Assembly (NCBI RefSeq): GCF_947568905.1
Contig: NC_079170.1
Span: 1,612,001 to 1,676,000 of the forward strand
Length of the DNA stretch: 64,000 nt
Reading direction: 5' to 3'
Source: Ostrea edulis
Lineage: Eukaryota
Positions within the stretch are counted from its first letter, which is position 1. Each line of letters opens with the position of its first letter. Made by a program: the position numbers and the translations under genes. Shown here one piece after another: positions 11,577 through 24,763 of the stretch. The notes under the pieces were generated by a model. The model was not told where the DNA came from, did no database searches, and saw nothing but the letters and a program-made list of their open reading frames with translations.

Positions 11577-14500
11577 CTGAAATATAGAGATGGGAGTCTA
11601 TAAAACTACCGATAAACGTCATATTTACATGTATTTATAGAAATGAGAGTTACAGTACACTGCAGGTAAACATTGAATTTACATGTATTTATAGAAATGA
11701 GAGTTTACAGTATAAAACTGCAGGTAAACATTGAATTTACATGTATTTTACATACATGTAGGAATAGAATATCATTCTTCATTTATAAAATGCACGACTG
11801 TAGACTATATTTCTGTGGACAGTTGGTAGGAAATCCATAGAAGTCAAATATCTGTATCTCGAAGTCTGGGGGTCTTCAACAAGACTATTTTGTATACATT
11901 CATTTGAATCTTGATGAATGCATGTATACTTACATTATATAAATCAAATTGAATAGTCTTCTGTTATTCATATTTAAGTAATTTGTAAATCAAAAGGTCA
12001 AACAAAATCAGTATATAGTTTTAGGGCTAATTTGAAATGTCTCCATGATGTAAGGGGGACCCTTAATATTTTAGGTCGACAGCTTTAAAAGCTCATTGGT
12101 TCATATGGTAAGAAATCATTTAAACATGATATCTCAAATACTACTTCAATAAAAAAAAATTTACATGAAGGATGTCTTATTTAAAAAAAATGATGACCTT
12201 CATCACTTGAGATAAGTAAGATAGTCAAAGGACAACGTCACCTGGTCATATAAGGTAATATTGTCTCATAATGATGTCTCTAATACTTTAGTACTGAACC
12301 TTAGCAAGAAAAGCCTTCATTAAATGTTTCCCCATTCTAAAATATCATAACAAAATTAGTCATCTTAAATACCTGTCTGACCCTCTCCATGTCAATTTCT
12401 GCCTGTCGTAATTTTTCCCTTATAACAAAACTATTTATTTTACCTGTCTGACCCTCTCCATGTCAATTTCTGCCCGTCGTAATTTCTCCCAGCAGTAATG
12501 TTTATTGCACTTTTTCTTCGGTGCTCTGCAGATTTCACCCGTTTCAATGAAAACATCCACAACGATAGGGCAACCACAGACCTCCTCCGGTCCAACCTTA
12601 TAAAAACAGAATTCACCGTAATTTTTTTATGTTCATTTAATCCACATGTATTTGCTAATCACTCCCAGATTTTGGTTTTGTTTATATACATGTAATACAC
12701 ATGAGAAGCTTTCAGGAGGGAATGAAGAGGATTGTTCTTCGTTAGCATTGCATCTTAAAAGTCAGAATGCTTGAAATTTATGAAGAGTTAAATGGACATC
12801 CTTTAATTTGACTGGGTGTCATATTGATCCAAAATGGCTGAAATGTTGAAAAATAGAACACTGTTCTGAAAAAGTTTAATTCAAGATCAGCCCCGAATCG
12901 AAAAACGACTCTTGATTCTAAAAGATGGGGGTAAAACAGGAAATTATGGCTTTTCTCTTCATTTAGATTGTGTCGCGAGTATTTGATCATATTTCAAATT
13001 CAATTCTTTGAGAGGTTTCACTGAGAGATCAATCTTTAAACATTTCACCGCATTTTAGGAGATCTATAGTAAGGTATCTTGTTTGAACTTCTCTCAACCT
13101 TTGGTTCCTTGGTGTGCTCCGGACACAGGACTTTCAGTCTCTTACAGTACACCTTCTGCTGAGCATTATAATAGTCACAGAACATGGAGTTCCCCTCGAT
13201 CCTCGTCTTGTAGATAGAGCCAAAGGAAGTCTGGGCCTCAGACTAGAAACAAATACAAAGAAATCATCACATAGCTATATATTTTTCATGGAAATTATAA
13301 CACTTACCTTATACACATCTACTGTCATTTTACAACATTTTCAGAGTTCTTTCTGATGAAATGAAATATCACACATGGTATTGGTGCCGTATCAATGGCA
13401 CCACAAGTTAGTGACATTGATGTCGAACAAATCAAGTTAAGTGATAAGGGGGGGGGGGGGGGGGGGGGGGGTGTGTGTGTGTGTTGTGAAACAATATCTG
13501 AATATATATGAAAATGGTATGAAACAAAACCCCAAAAATGAAATACAACCCCCCCCCCCCCCCCCCCCCCCAACCCATAAAAACTGACCTTTGAGAAGCA
13601 CTTCTCCATGTGTCGTAAGGCTCCCTTCTGATTTAATTCTGCCCCACACGTGACACAGTACAAACTCAGCTCCAAATCGTCTTCATTGTCCTTCTCCTGT
13701 CAATATTTCAGTCAGACATTTTATGTTTACTTTGCGACAAGTTGGGGGAAACTGTGCGGAAGATGTTATGAATGGAGAGTATATTTTGCTCTTATCATAT
13801 ACAATGTACTAGTACTAGTACATGTAGTACTGTACAGAAAGTTTTTGCTATCTTTACTCCCTAGCCTAAGGCACAAGTGTCATACTGTAATACAGACAAA
13901 CACACTGATAATAAACACACTGATAATGATGGTGCTGTTGTTTACGTGTAGTTTACACCTGTATATTCTATACACTGCCAGCCACTTACATCTGTAATAC
14001 AGACAAACACACTGATAATAAACACACTGATAATGATGGTGCTGTTGTTTACGTGTAGTTTACACCTGTATAATCTATACACTGCCAGCCACTTACATCT
14101 GTAATACAGACAAACACACTGATAATAAACACACTGATAATGATGGTGCTGTTGTTTACGTGTAGTTTACACCTGTATATTCTATACACTTACATCCTGC
14201 TCTGGGGCGATGGTGACGTTTCTCGCCCTGTCTATAATCCCGTCCAGTTCCTGATGCCGGACGTCGAGTTCGGCCAGTCTCTGATGACACTCCAGCTGCT
14301 CACGTCGGATTTTCTCCAGCATCTTCTTGTTGGTCTCCTCCGTGACACAGGGACTGCTCTGCCATTGCTGGATCTTGGGAGGCAGGAGCTCGTATATCCG
14401 ACTACAGTGAACAATGTAATAAACAATCATGTCACTTTCGTATGATACAAGAGCCTTTAAATAAATATTTCTCCACCCATAAAATGAATGGTACCCAGAT

Positions 14501-17500
14501 AATTATACCGAGTTACTGCTACATGATGAAGATGTGATCTGAAGCGAGTGCACCCCATTTCATCAATCATTGCCAAGGTTACCTAACACTAATGACTTGA
14601 AAAGATTCTCCTGACTTAAAGTACAACTTTAAACCTCTAAGAAATGGTTATACAGTAAAACATGCCTATATAGAATAAATTCGCACTTATAATATAGTGA
14701 TTTTCATTCTTTATGGTAAATAAAATATGGAACAATAACTCACTATAATGAATCACACTTAGAATAAATCAAAATTAGCTGCCCCTGATGCTTCACTATA
14801 ACTATGTTTTACTGTACCTATACACATACCATAGCTAAATGTAGCTAGATAAATAGCTAAAATACAGAAAACAAAATCCCTGTCATCACCTGACAGAAAC
14901 CTTTGTTCATTATTTGTTTTTCCCTGTCGCTTAGTATGAAATGCCGCACCTTTTGGCTAGTTTAATGCCACAGTCATCTGAACAGTATTTGGAGTTAGGT
15001 CTTGCAGCCTCGATACACCCAGGCCCAAAACATTGACGAGGCTCGTCTATCTCAATCTCACGGACATCCTCTATTTCGGACCTCTTTCTCTTCAATTCAG
15101 ATGCATTCTCTTTGGCTCTCTACAAACACAAAGTAAAAATATTTTCTAAAGTAAGGTGGTACATACATGTATATGACATGTGTATTACCTAAACTTGGTT
15201 TTACATCTTTAGATGAGGACACAAACTGGAAAACACGCAATGTACTTGGAACCTCTGTTCAAGTGACTGAAGAATGTTTGCTTTCCCGTTTTTTTAATAC
15301 TTCTGTTAGCCGTCACACTCTCACCTTTGTTTTTTTGTCTGGCGAGTACTTGCGTCCTCGTTTTTTATATTTCTTTTTCGCTGTCAGATTCTTACCTTTG
15401 TTTTTTTGTCTGGCGAGTGCTTGCGTCCTCGTTTTTTATATTTCTTTTTCGCTGATCCACTCTCTGATACACTTTTTTTCCTCCCTCTCTTACCCTGAAA
15501 TACAGAAAGAGAAAAGGGGACATCATCAGAAATTCTCAATACAGTTTTCTGTGCTCTACTTATTCCCCATAGTTCAAAGGTACAAGCAAAAAATGTTTTT
15601 AAAAAAATCATCCTTCAATTTAATATAGTTTGATATTTAACAATTTAGGTGCTTGGTGTCGAGGAATGGATTGTGAAGCTGGTGCAGAGTATGTACGAGA
15701 ATGCGCAGAGTTGTGTACGGGTTGGTGATGGTCTCAGCGATGAGTTTGAGGTGAAGGTCGGTGTACATCAGGGATCTGTGCTTAGCCCACTGCTCTTTAT
15801 CATTGTCCTTGAGGCCCTGTCACGTGAGTTTCGAGCAGGAGTGCCCTGGGAGGACCTTTATGCCGATGACCTTGTCATCATTTCAAATTCCTTGGAAGAA
15901 TGTGTCAGTAGACTATTGACCTGGAAGGAGGCAATGGAGAGGAAGGGACTCAGAGTCAATGCCAAGAAAACCAAGATCATGATCTGTGGCACAGGCTTGG
16001 ATCTACCTCAGAGCTCGGGCGAATTCCCATGTGCCGTATGCCGTACCGGTGTAGGCAGCAACAGTATACACTGCAAGGGATGTAAGCACTGGGTGCATAA
16101 GAAGTGCAGCGGCCTTAAGCACTTGAAAGAGGATCCCAATTACTGCTGCCCTAGATGCCTGGGAACTGCTCGACCAATAGATGGAAGGTCACAGAGGGAA
16201 GTTCAAGTTGGAAAAGACAAGCTAGAGGTAGTAGCTTCCTTCTGCTACTTAGGTGACATGCTGTCTGCGGCTGGAGGATGTGTGTCTCAACGATCACTCG
16301 TGTGAAGACGGCCTGGAATAAATTCAGGGAACTGCTGCCTGTCCTCTCTTCCCGTCATCTTTCCTATAAGACCCGTGGCAGGTTGTACAGCACATATGTG
16401 CGTAGCGCGATGCTGTATGCAAATGAGACGTGGCCCTTGCCAAAACCAGACCTCCTTCGCCTACAGTGAAATGACAGAGCCATGGTCAGAAAGATTTGCA
16501 GGATAAAGCCAGAAGACATGGCTAGTGTCAGATCAAGCGAGCTACTGGCACGATTTGGGATCGATGACCTTGACGCTATCCTGCGGGAGAAGAGGCTACG
16601 TTGGTTTGGGCACATTGCTAGATCCAGTGGGGCAATCAATGTCTTTTTAAAATATGAAAAAAGAGGGAGGACGACAACCAGGGAGACCAAAGATGACCTG
16701 GAAAGCACAGCTAGAAAAAGACCAGCGTGAGTGGGGATTTCGTGATGTCAATCCATTGGACAGAGATGCCTGGAAGTCAAATGTTAGGTCTGCCATACGT
16801 GCAGCAAGCCAGTTACCTGGAAGGGAGCCCACTGCTGTGGAAGATGCACCTTATTCTGCACATTAATCAAAATGCCGATGATGATGATGATGATGATATC
16901 AATAGAGGTGTAATGATATGTCTGATGTATTGATCACAGTCAGCATGAGACATGTATCGTATCATCAGTATGACATTGTAACACAGTTATAAGTTTTATC
17001 TGTCATTAATCTGGAATGATTCCGGGTGAGTCATGTTCAAATAAAGAGTATTCAACCCTTATAATTCTAGTTATGTTTATTTGTACATTTCATGAACTAT
17101 CTATCAATACCATAGGTCTTGTGATTTTATTTTGGAAATAATACTACATATACTACATGTACCATTACAAAATAGACAACAGAAATATTGGTAATCTTCA
17201 GTTATTGGTCATTAAAAGTGTATTGTACGTTCGTGATATGGTACGCATCGTATTGTGAGGTATACTGCAACACATAGGCCTACATAAACATACTATATAA
17301 CAAAGTTGCACTGGTACATGAAGAACATGTCCTTATTTTATAAATCCTGTATATGGCGTGAAGCAGACAGCCAGATGAAAGGTGAAGATAACGAACAGAG
17401 ATCAATCTCACAATTCCTATAAGTATATATAAATGTCTAGTTCCTACCTTTGGAGATTTTTCGATGTTTTCCGAGCCATAGTCCGGATCATCATCAACAT

Positions 17501-20500
17501 CCATATAGTCGTCGTCTTCATCACGAACTCCACTGAAGTGAAAATTCAGCACAGAATAAAGAACTACCTCATGTAACACAGGATATGTCTCTCTGTGTGA
17601 AGTCATAATAAATAAAGAATAAAGAACTACCTCATGTAACACAGGATATGTCTCTCTATGTGAAGTCATTATAAATAAAGAATAAAGAACTACCTCATGT
17701 AACACAGGATATGTCTCTCTGTGTGAAGTCATTATAAATAAAGAACTACCTCATGTAACACAGGATATGTCTCTCTGTGTGAAGTCATAATAAATAAAGA
17801 ATAAAGAACTACCTCATGTAACACAGGATATGTCTCTCTGTGTAAAGTCATAATAAATAAAGAACTACCTCATGTAACACAGTATATGTCTCTCTGTGTG
17901 AAGTCATTATAAATAAAGAAATACCTCATGTAACACAGGATATGTCTCTCTGTGTGAAGTCATAATAAATAAAGAACTACCTCATGTAACACAGGATATG
18001 TCTCTCTGTGTGAAGTCATTATAAATAAAGAATAAAGAACTACCTCATGTAATACAGAATATGTCTCTCTGTGTGAAGTCATTATAAATAAAGAACTACC
18101 TCATGTAACACAGAATATGTCTCTCTGTGTGAAGTCATTATAAATAAAGAACTACCTCATGTAACACAGAATATGTCTCTCTGTGTGAAGTCATTATAAA
18201 TAAAGAATAAAGAACTACCTCATGTAACACAGGATATGTCTCTCTGTGTGAAGTCATTATAAATAAAGAACTACCTCATGTAACACAGAATATGTCTCTC
18301 TGTGTGAAGTCATTATAAATAAAGAACTACCTCATGTAACACAGAATATGTCTCTCTGTGTGAAGTCATTATAAATAAAGAATAAAGAACTACCTCATGT
18401 AACACAGGATATGTCTCTGTGTGTAAAGTCATTATAAATAAAGAACTACCTCATGTAATACAGAATATGTCTCTCTGTGTAAAGTCATAATAAATAAAGA
18501 ACTACCTCATGTAATACAGAATATATCTCTCTGTGTGAAGTCATAATAAATAAAGAATAAAGAACTACCTCATGTAACACAGGATATGTCTCTCTGTGTG
18601 AAGTCATTATAAATAAAGAACTACCTCATGTAACACAGAATATGTCTCTCTGTGTAAAGTCATAATAAATAAAGAACTACCTCATGTAATACAGAATATA
18701 TCTCTCTGTGTGAAGTCATAATAAATAAAGAACTACCTCATGTAACACAGAATATGTCTCTCTGTGTAAAGTCATAATAAATAAAGAATAAAGAACTACC
18801 TCATGTAACACAGGATATGTCTCTGTGTGTAAAGTCATTATAAATAAAGAATAAAGAACTACCTCATGTAATACAGAATATGTCTCTCTGTGTGAAGTCA
18901 TTATAAATAAAGAATAAAGAACTACCTCATGTAACACAGGATATGTCTCTCTGTGTGAAGTCATTATAAATAAAGAATAAAGAACTACCTCATGTAACAC
19001 AGAATATGTCTCTCTGTGTGAAGTCATTATAAATAAAGAATAAAGAACTACCTCATGTAACACAGGATATGTCTCTGTGTGTAAAGTCATTATAAATAAA
19101 GAATAAAGAACTACCTCATGTAATACAGAATATGTCTCTCTGTGTGAAGTCATTATAAATAAAGAATAAAGAACTACCTCATGTAACACAGGATATGTCT
19201 CTCTGTGTGAAGTCATTATAAATAAAGAATAAAGAACTACCTCATGTAACACAGAATATGTCTCTCTGTGTGAAGTCATTATAAATAAAGAATAAAGAAC
19301 TACCTCATGTAACACAGGATATGTCTCTGTGTGTAAAGTCATTATAAATAAAGAATAAAGAACTACCTCATGTAATACAGAATATGTCTCTCTGTGTGAA
19401 GTCATTATAAATAAAGAATAAAGAACTACCTCATGTAACACAGGATATGTCTCTCTGTGTGAAGTCATTATAAATAAAGAATAAAGAACTACCTCATGTA
19501 ACACAGGATATGTCTCTCTGTGTGAAGTCATTATAAATAAAGAATAAAGAACTACCTCATGTAACACAGGATATGTCTCTCTGTGTGAAGTCATTATAAA
19601 TAAAGAATAAAGAACTACCTCATGTAACACAGTATATGTCTCTCTGTGTGAAGTCATTATAAATAAAGAATAAAGAACTACCTCATGTAACACAGAATAT
19701 GTCTCTCTGTGTGAAGTCATTATAAATAAAGAATAAAGAACTACCTCATGTAACACAGGATATGTCTCACTGTGTGAAGTCATTATAAATAAAGAATAAA
19801 GAACTACCTCATGTAACACAGAATATGTCTCTCTGTGACATTGTGCAGATTCAAGTTTTTAAAATCATGGTCCCCGGGGGTTAGGATGGGGCCACAATAG
19901 GGGATCAAAGATTTACGTACAAATATATAGGAAAAATCATTAAAATTCTTCTTTTGAAGAATCACTGGGTCAGAAAAGTTTACATTTACATGCAAGCTTC
20001 CTGACATAGTGCAGATTCAAGTTTGTAAAAATCATGGCCCCCTGGGATAGGTTGAAGTCACAATACGGATCAAAGTTTTACATACAAATATATAGGGAAA
20101 ATCTTTAGATATGGGTCAAGGTGACTCAGGTGAGTTATGTGGTCCATGGGCCTCTTATTGTTTTTCTCTCTCTGTTCATCCATCAACTCCTTGTGGGAAG
20201 GATACGAAAGAGTACATATAAATAAGGCAAGGATAATTAAATCTGGTACACATGTACCCCAAGGTAAGAGGAAGACATTGGTCACTTCTCAGAACTACCT
20301 CATGTAACACAGTATATGTCTCTCTGTGTGAAGTCATAATAAATAAATAAAGAACTACCTCATGTAACACAGAATATGTCTCTGTGTGTAAAGTCATTAT
20401 AAATAAAGAATAAAGAACTACCTCATGTAATACAGAATATGTCTCTCTGTGTAAAGTCATAATAAATAAAGAACTACCTCATGTAACACAGGATATATCT

Positions 20501-22800
20501 CTCTGTGTGAAGTCATAATAAATAAAGAATAAAGAACTACCTCATGTAACACAGTATATGTCTCTCTGTGTGAAGTCATTATAAATAAAGAATAAAGAAC
20601 TACCTCATGTAACACAGGATATGTCTCTCTGTGTGAAGTCATTATAAATAAAGAACTACCTCATGTAACACAGTATATGTCTCTCTGTGTGAAGTCATTA
20701 TAAATAAAGAACTACCTCATGTAACACAGGATATGTCTCTCTGTGTGAAGTCATAATAAATAAAGAACTACCTCATGTAACACAGGATATATCTCTCTGT
20801 GTGAAGTCATTATAAATAAAGAATAAAGAACTACCTCATGTAACACAGGATATGTCTCTCTGTGTGAAGTCATTATAAATAAAGAACTACCTCATGTAAC
20901 ACAGGATATGTCTCTCTGTGTGAAGTCATAATAAATAAAGAACTACCTCATGTAACACAGGATATGTCTCTCTGTGTGAAGTCATAATAAATAAAGAACT
21001 ACCTCATGTAACACAGAATATGTCTCTCTGTGTGAAGTCATTATAAATAAAGAATAAAGAACTACCTCATGTAACACAGGATATGTCTCTATGTGTGAAG
21101 TCATAATAAATAAAGAATAAAGAACTACCTCATGTAACACAGGATATGTCTCTCTGTGTGAAGTCATTATAAATAAAGAATAAAGAACTACCTCATGTAA
21201 CACAGGATATGTCTCTCTGTGTGAAGTCATAATAAATAAAGAACTACCTCATGTAACACAGGATATATCTCTCTGTGTGAAGTCATTATAAATAAAGAAT
21301 AAAGAACTACCTCATGTAACACAGGATATGTCTCTCTGTGTGAAGTCATAATAACCATTTACACCATTCAATTTGTCTATGCATTTAATAATTTTCAGAA
21401 ACATCAACAATTCTAGGAAGTCTATGTCCATTTTAGATTACATTAACCAGATACACATATCTGAGCAAAGAACATTTTCTTCTACAGAAACATGACAATT
21501 ACAACAAGAGAAATGCTTGTACTGCAAAACACGCCCATCCAATATATTCAATAATGCTGTTAAACACGCCCACCCAATATATTCAATAATGCTGCAAAAC
21601 ACACCCACCCAATATATTCAATAATGCTGTTAAACACACCCACCCAATATATTCAATAATGCTGTTAAACACGCCCACCCAATATATTCAATAATGCTGT
21701 TAAACACACCCACCCAATATATTCAATAATGCTGTTAAACACACCCACCCAATATATTCAATAATGCTGTTAAACACGCCCACCCAATATATTCCATAAT
21801 GCTGTTAAACACACCCACCCAATATATTCCATATGCTGTAAAACACGCCCACCCAATATATTCCATATGCTGTAAAACACACCCACCCAATATATTCAAT
21901 AATGCTGTAGTAACCAAAGAAAGGATTAACTTCCCCATAAAGATTAAGAAATGGCTCTGACAGGGCAGATTATGCATAAAACAAAGTTTGATAAAAAAGC
22001 ATTTCATACAAACACTGATCAACCATGGCAGTGTGACTCTGACCTTGAGAAGTGACCAATGTCTTCCTCTTACCTTGGGGTACATGTGTACCAGATTTAA
22101 TTATCCTTGCCTTATTTATATGTACTCTTTCGTATCCTTCCCACAAGGAGTTGATGGATGAACAGAGAGAGAAAAACAATAAGAGGCCCATGGACCACAT
22201 AACTCACCTGAGTCACCTTGACCCATATCTAAAGATTTTCCCTATATATTTGTATGTAAAACTTTGATCCGTATTGTGACTTCAACCTATCCCAGGGGGC
22301 CATGATTTTTACAAACTTGAATCTGCACTATGTCAGGAAGCTTGCATGTAAATGTAAACTTTTCTGACCCAGTGATTCTTCAAAAGAAGAATTTTAATGA
22401 TTTTTCCTATATATTTGTACGTAAATCTTTGATCCCCTATTGTGGCCCCATCCTAACCCCCGGGGACCATGATTTTAAAAACTTGAATCTGCACTATGTC
22501 AGGATGCTTTCATGTAAATTTCTAATTTCCTGGCCCAGTGGTTCTTGAGAAGATGATTTTTCCTATATATTTGCATGTAAAACTTTGATCCCCTATTGTG
22601 GCCTCATCCAACCCCCGGGGCCCATGATTTGAACAAACTTGAATCTGCACTATATCAGGAAGCATTCATGTCAATCTCAGCTTTTCTGGCTCAGTGGTTC
22701 TTGAGAAGAAGATTTTTAAATGACCACACCCTATTTTTTCATTTTTGAGATTATATCCCCTTTGAATGGGGCATGGCCTTTATTTGAATAAACTTGGAAG

Positions 22801-22851
<51 letters not shown>

Positions 22852-22889
22852 TTCCTGGAGAAGAGCATGAAAATGTTGAAAGGACTACA

Positions 22890-22925
<36 letters not shown>

Positions 22926-24693
22926 AGCTCAGGTAAAAATGTAGCACTATACCACAGTACAATCCTTTTATAATGGTCTAATATGTGTGTCAAGTTTGCT
23001 TAAACATATATTATTAGTACAGTCTCTATTTCGCTTTGAGCCTAAAAATCACCCATGTGAGTTTGACCTTGAAACTTTTCCCTCTAATTATTGGGAACAT
23101 GTGTAAAAAGTTTGATGATCCTAGCCTACTACCCATGAACTGTTGACATACACATTACATCAGACCATAATACGACCTGTCTAAGTGTCATTACATCAGA
23201 CCATAACACGAACTGTCTAAGTGTCATTACATCAGACCATAATACGACCTGTCTAAGTGTCATTACATCATACCATAATACGACGTGTCTAAGATAGGTG
23301 TACATAGTGTCATTACATCAGACCATAATACAAACTGTCTAAGTGTCATTACATCAGACCATAATACGAACTGTCTAAGTGTCATTACATCAGACCATAA
23401 TACAAACTGTCTAAGTGTCATTACATCAGACCATAATACGAACTGTCTAATATAGGTGTACATAGTGTCATTACATCAGACCATAATACGAACTGTCTAA
23501 GTGTCATTACATCAGACCATAATACGAACTGTCTAAGTGTCATTACATCAGATCATAACACGACCTGTCTAAGTGTCATTACATCAGACCATAATACAAA
23601 CTGTCTAAGTGTCATTACATCAGACCATAATATGACCTGTCTAAGTGTCATTACATCAGACCATAATACCACCTGTCTAAGTGTCATTACATCAGACCAT
23701 AATACGAACTGTCTAAGTGTCATTACATCAGACCATAATACCACCTGTCTAAGTGTCATTACATCAGATCATAACACGAACTGTCTAAGTGTCATTACAT
23801 CAGACCATAATACAAACTGTCTAAGTGTCATTACATCAGACCATAATACAAACTGTCTAAGTGTCATTACATCAGACCATAATACGAACTGTCTAAGTGT
23901 CATTACATCAGACCATAACATGAACTGTCTAAGTGTCATTACATCAGACCATAATACGACCTGTCTAAGTGTCATTACATCATACCATAACACGGACTGT
24001 CTAAGTGTCATTACATCAGACCATAATACCACCTGTCTAAGTGTCATTACATCAGACCATAATACAAACTGTCTAAGTGTCATTACATCAGACCATAATA
24101 CGAACTGTCTAAGTGTCATTACATCAGATCATAACACGACCTGTCTAAGATAGGTGTACATAGTGTCATTCCTTGTACATGCTTTCCCTTTTACCCATTT
24201 TCAAAATGTTAAAACCTTTTCCTGTGCATAAATAAAGCTCTAACTTACACTGTATAAATCATAAAAATAAAACAAAATACAATATATGTACTTGCAAACC
24301 AAAAACTTAGAAGATTTGTGTACATGCATATGGTTTGGATCTAATTTGGCCCCGTAAAATGACTTTATATCAAATTTAACTAAAATTCATTAACGGTGTA
24401 TGTACAATTGTTTTATGTTATTTTTAGAAAATTGGTTGTAATTTTAAGATACATGTGTGTTTATACTATAAATGTTACTAGCCTTTTCTAAGACTTTTTA
24501 AAATTTCATGAAAATCTTGAAATCTTAGCATCAGAATTTTTAAAGTAGATAAAATCCCAAGGTCAACCTCATGAGGTCACAGATTTTGATACCAAAAGAA
24601 AGGTTCATTCATATGTGAAAGCCCATAACAGATCACTCAAAAGTTAAGGCCAAGGCTAAAATTTTTCAATGTATATCATTTTTTGATACACAC

Positions 24694-24763
<70 letters not shown>

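Noticed and set aside
11348-11587. 79-aa + strand ORF
   Set aside because: Antisense shadow of the CXXC1 terminal exon.
15990-16170. PHD-like finger inside CXXC1, suggesting an extra PHD exon or capture
   Set aside because: It is on the opposite strand and continuous with the RTE reverse transcriptase frame; such fingers occur in RTE-type LINEs.
18716-19819. 367-aa ORF on the - strand
   Set aside because: Pure translation of a 63-bp (multiple of 3) minisatellite inside a CXXC1 intron; no unique sequence, start context or domain.
23263-24153. 12-aa repeat ORFs on both strands; resemblance to a CRISPR-like array
   Set aside because: Head-to-tail 36-bp repeats with no unique spacers, eukaryotic context and no cas genes.
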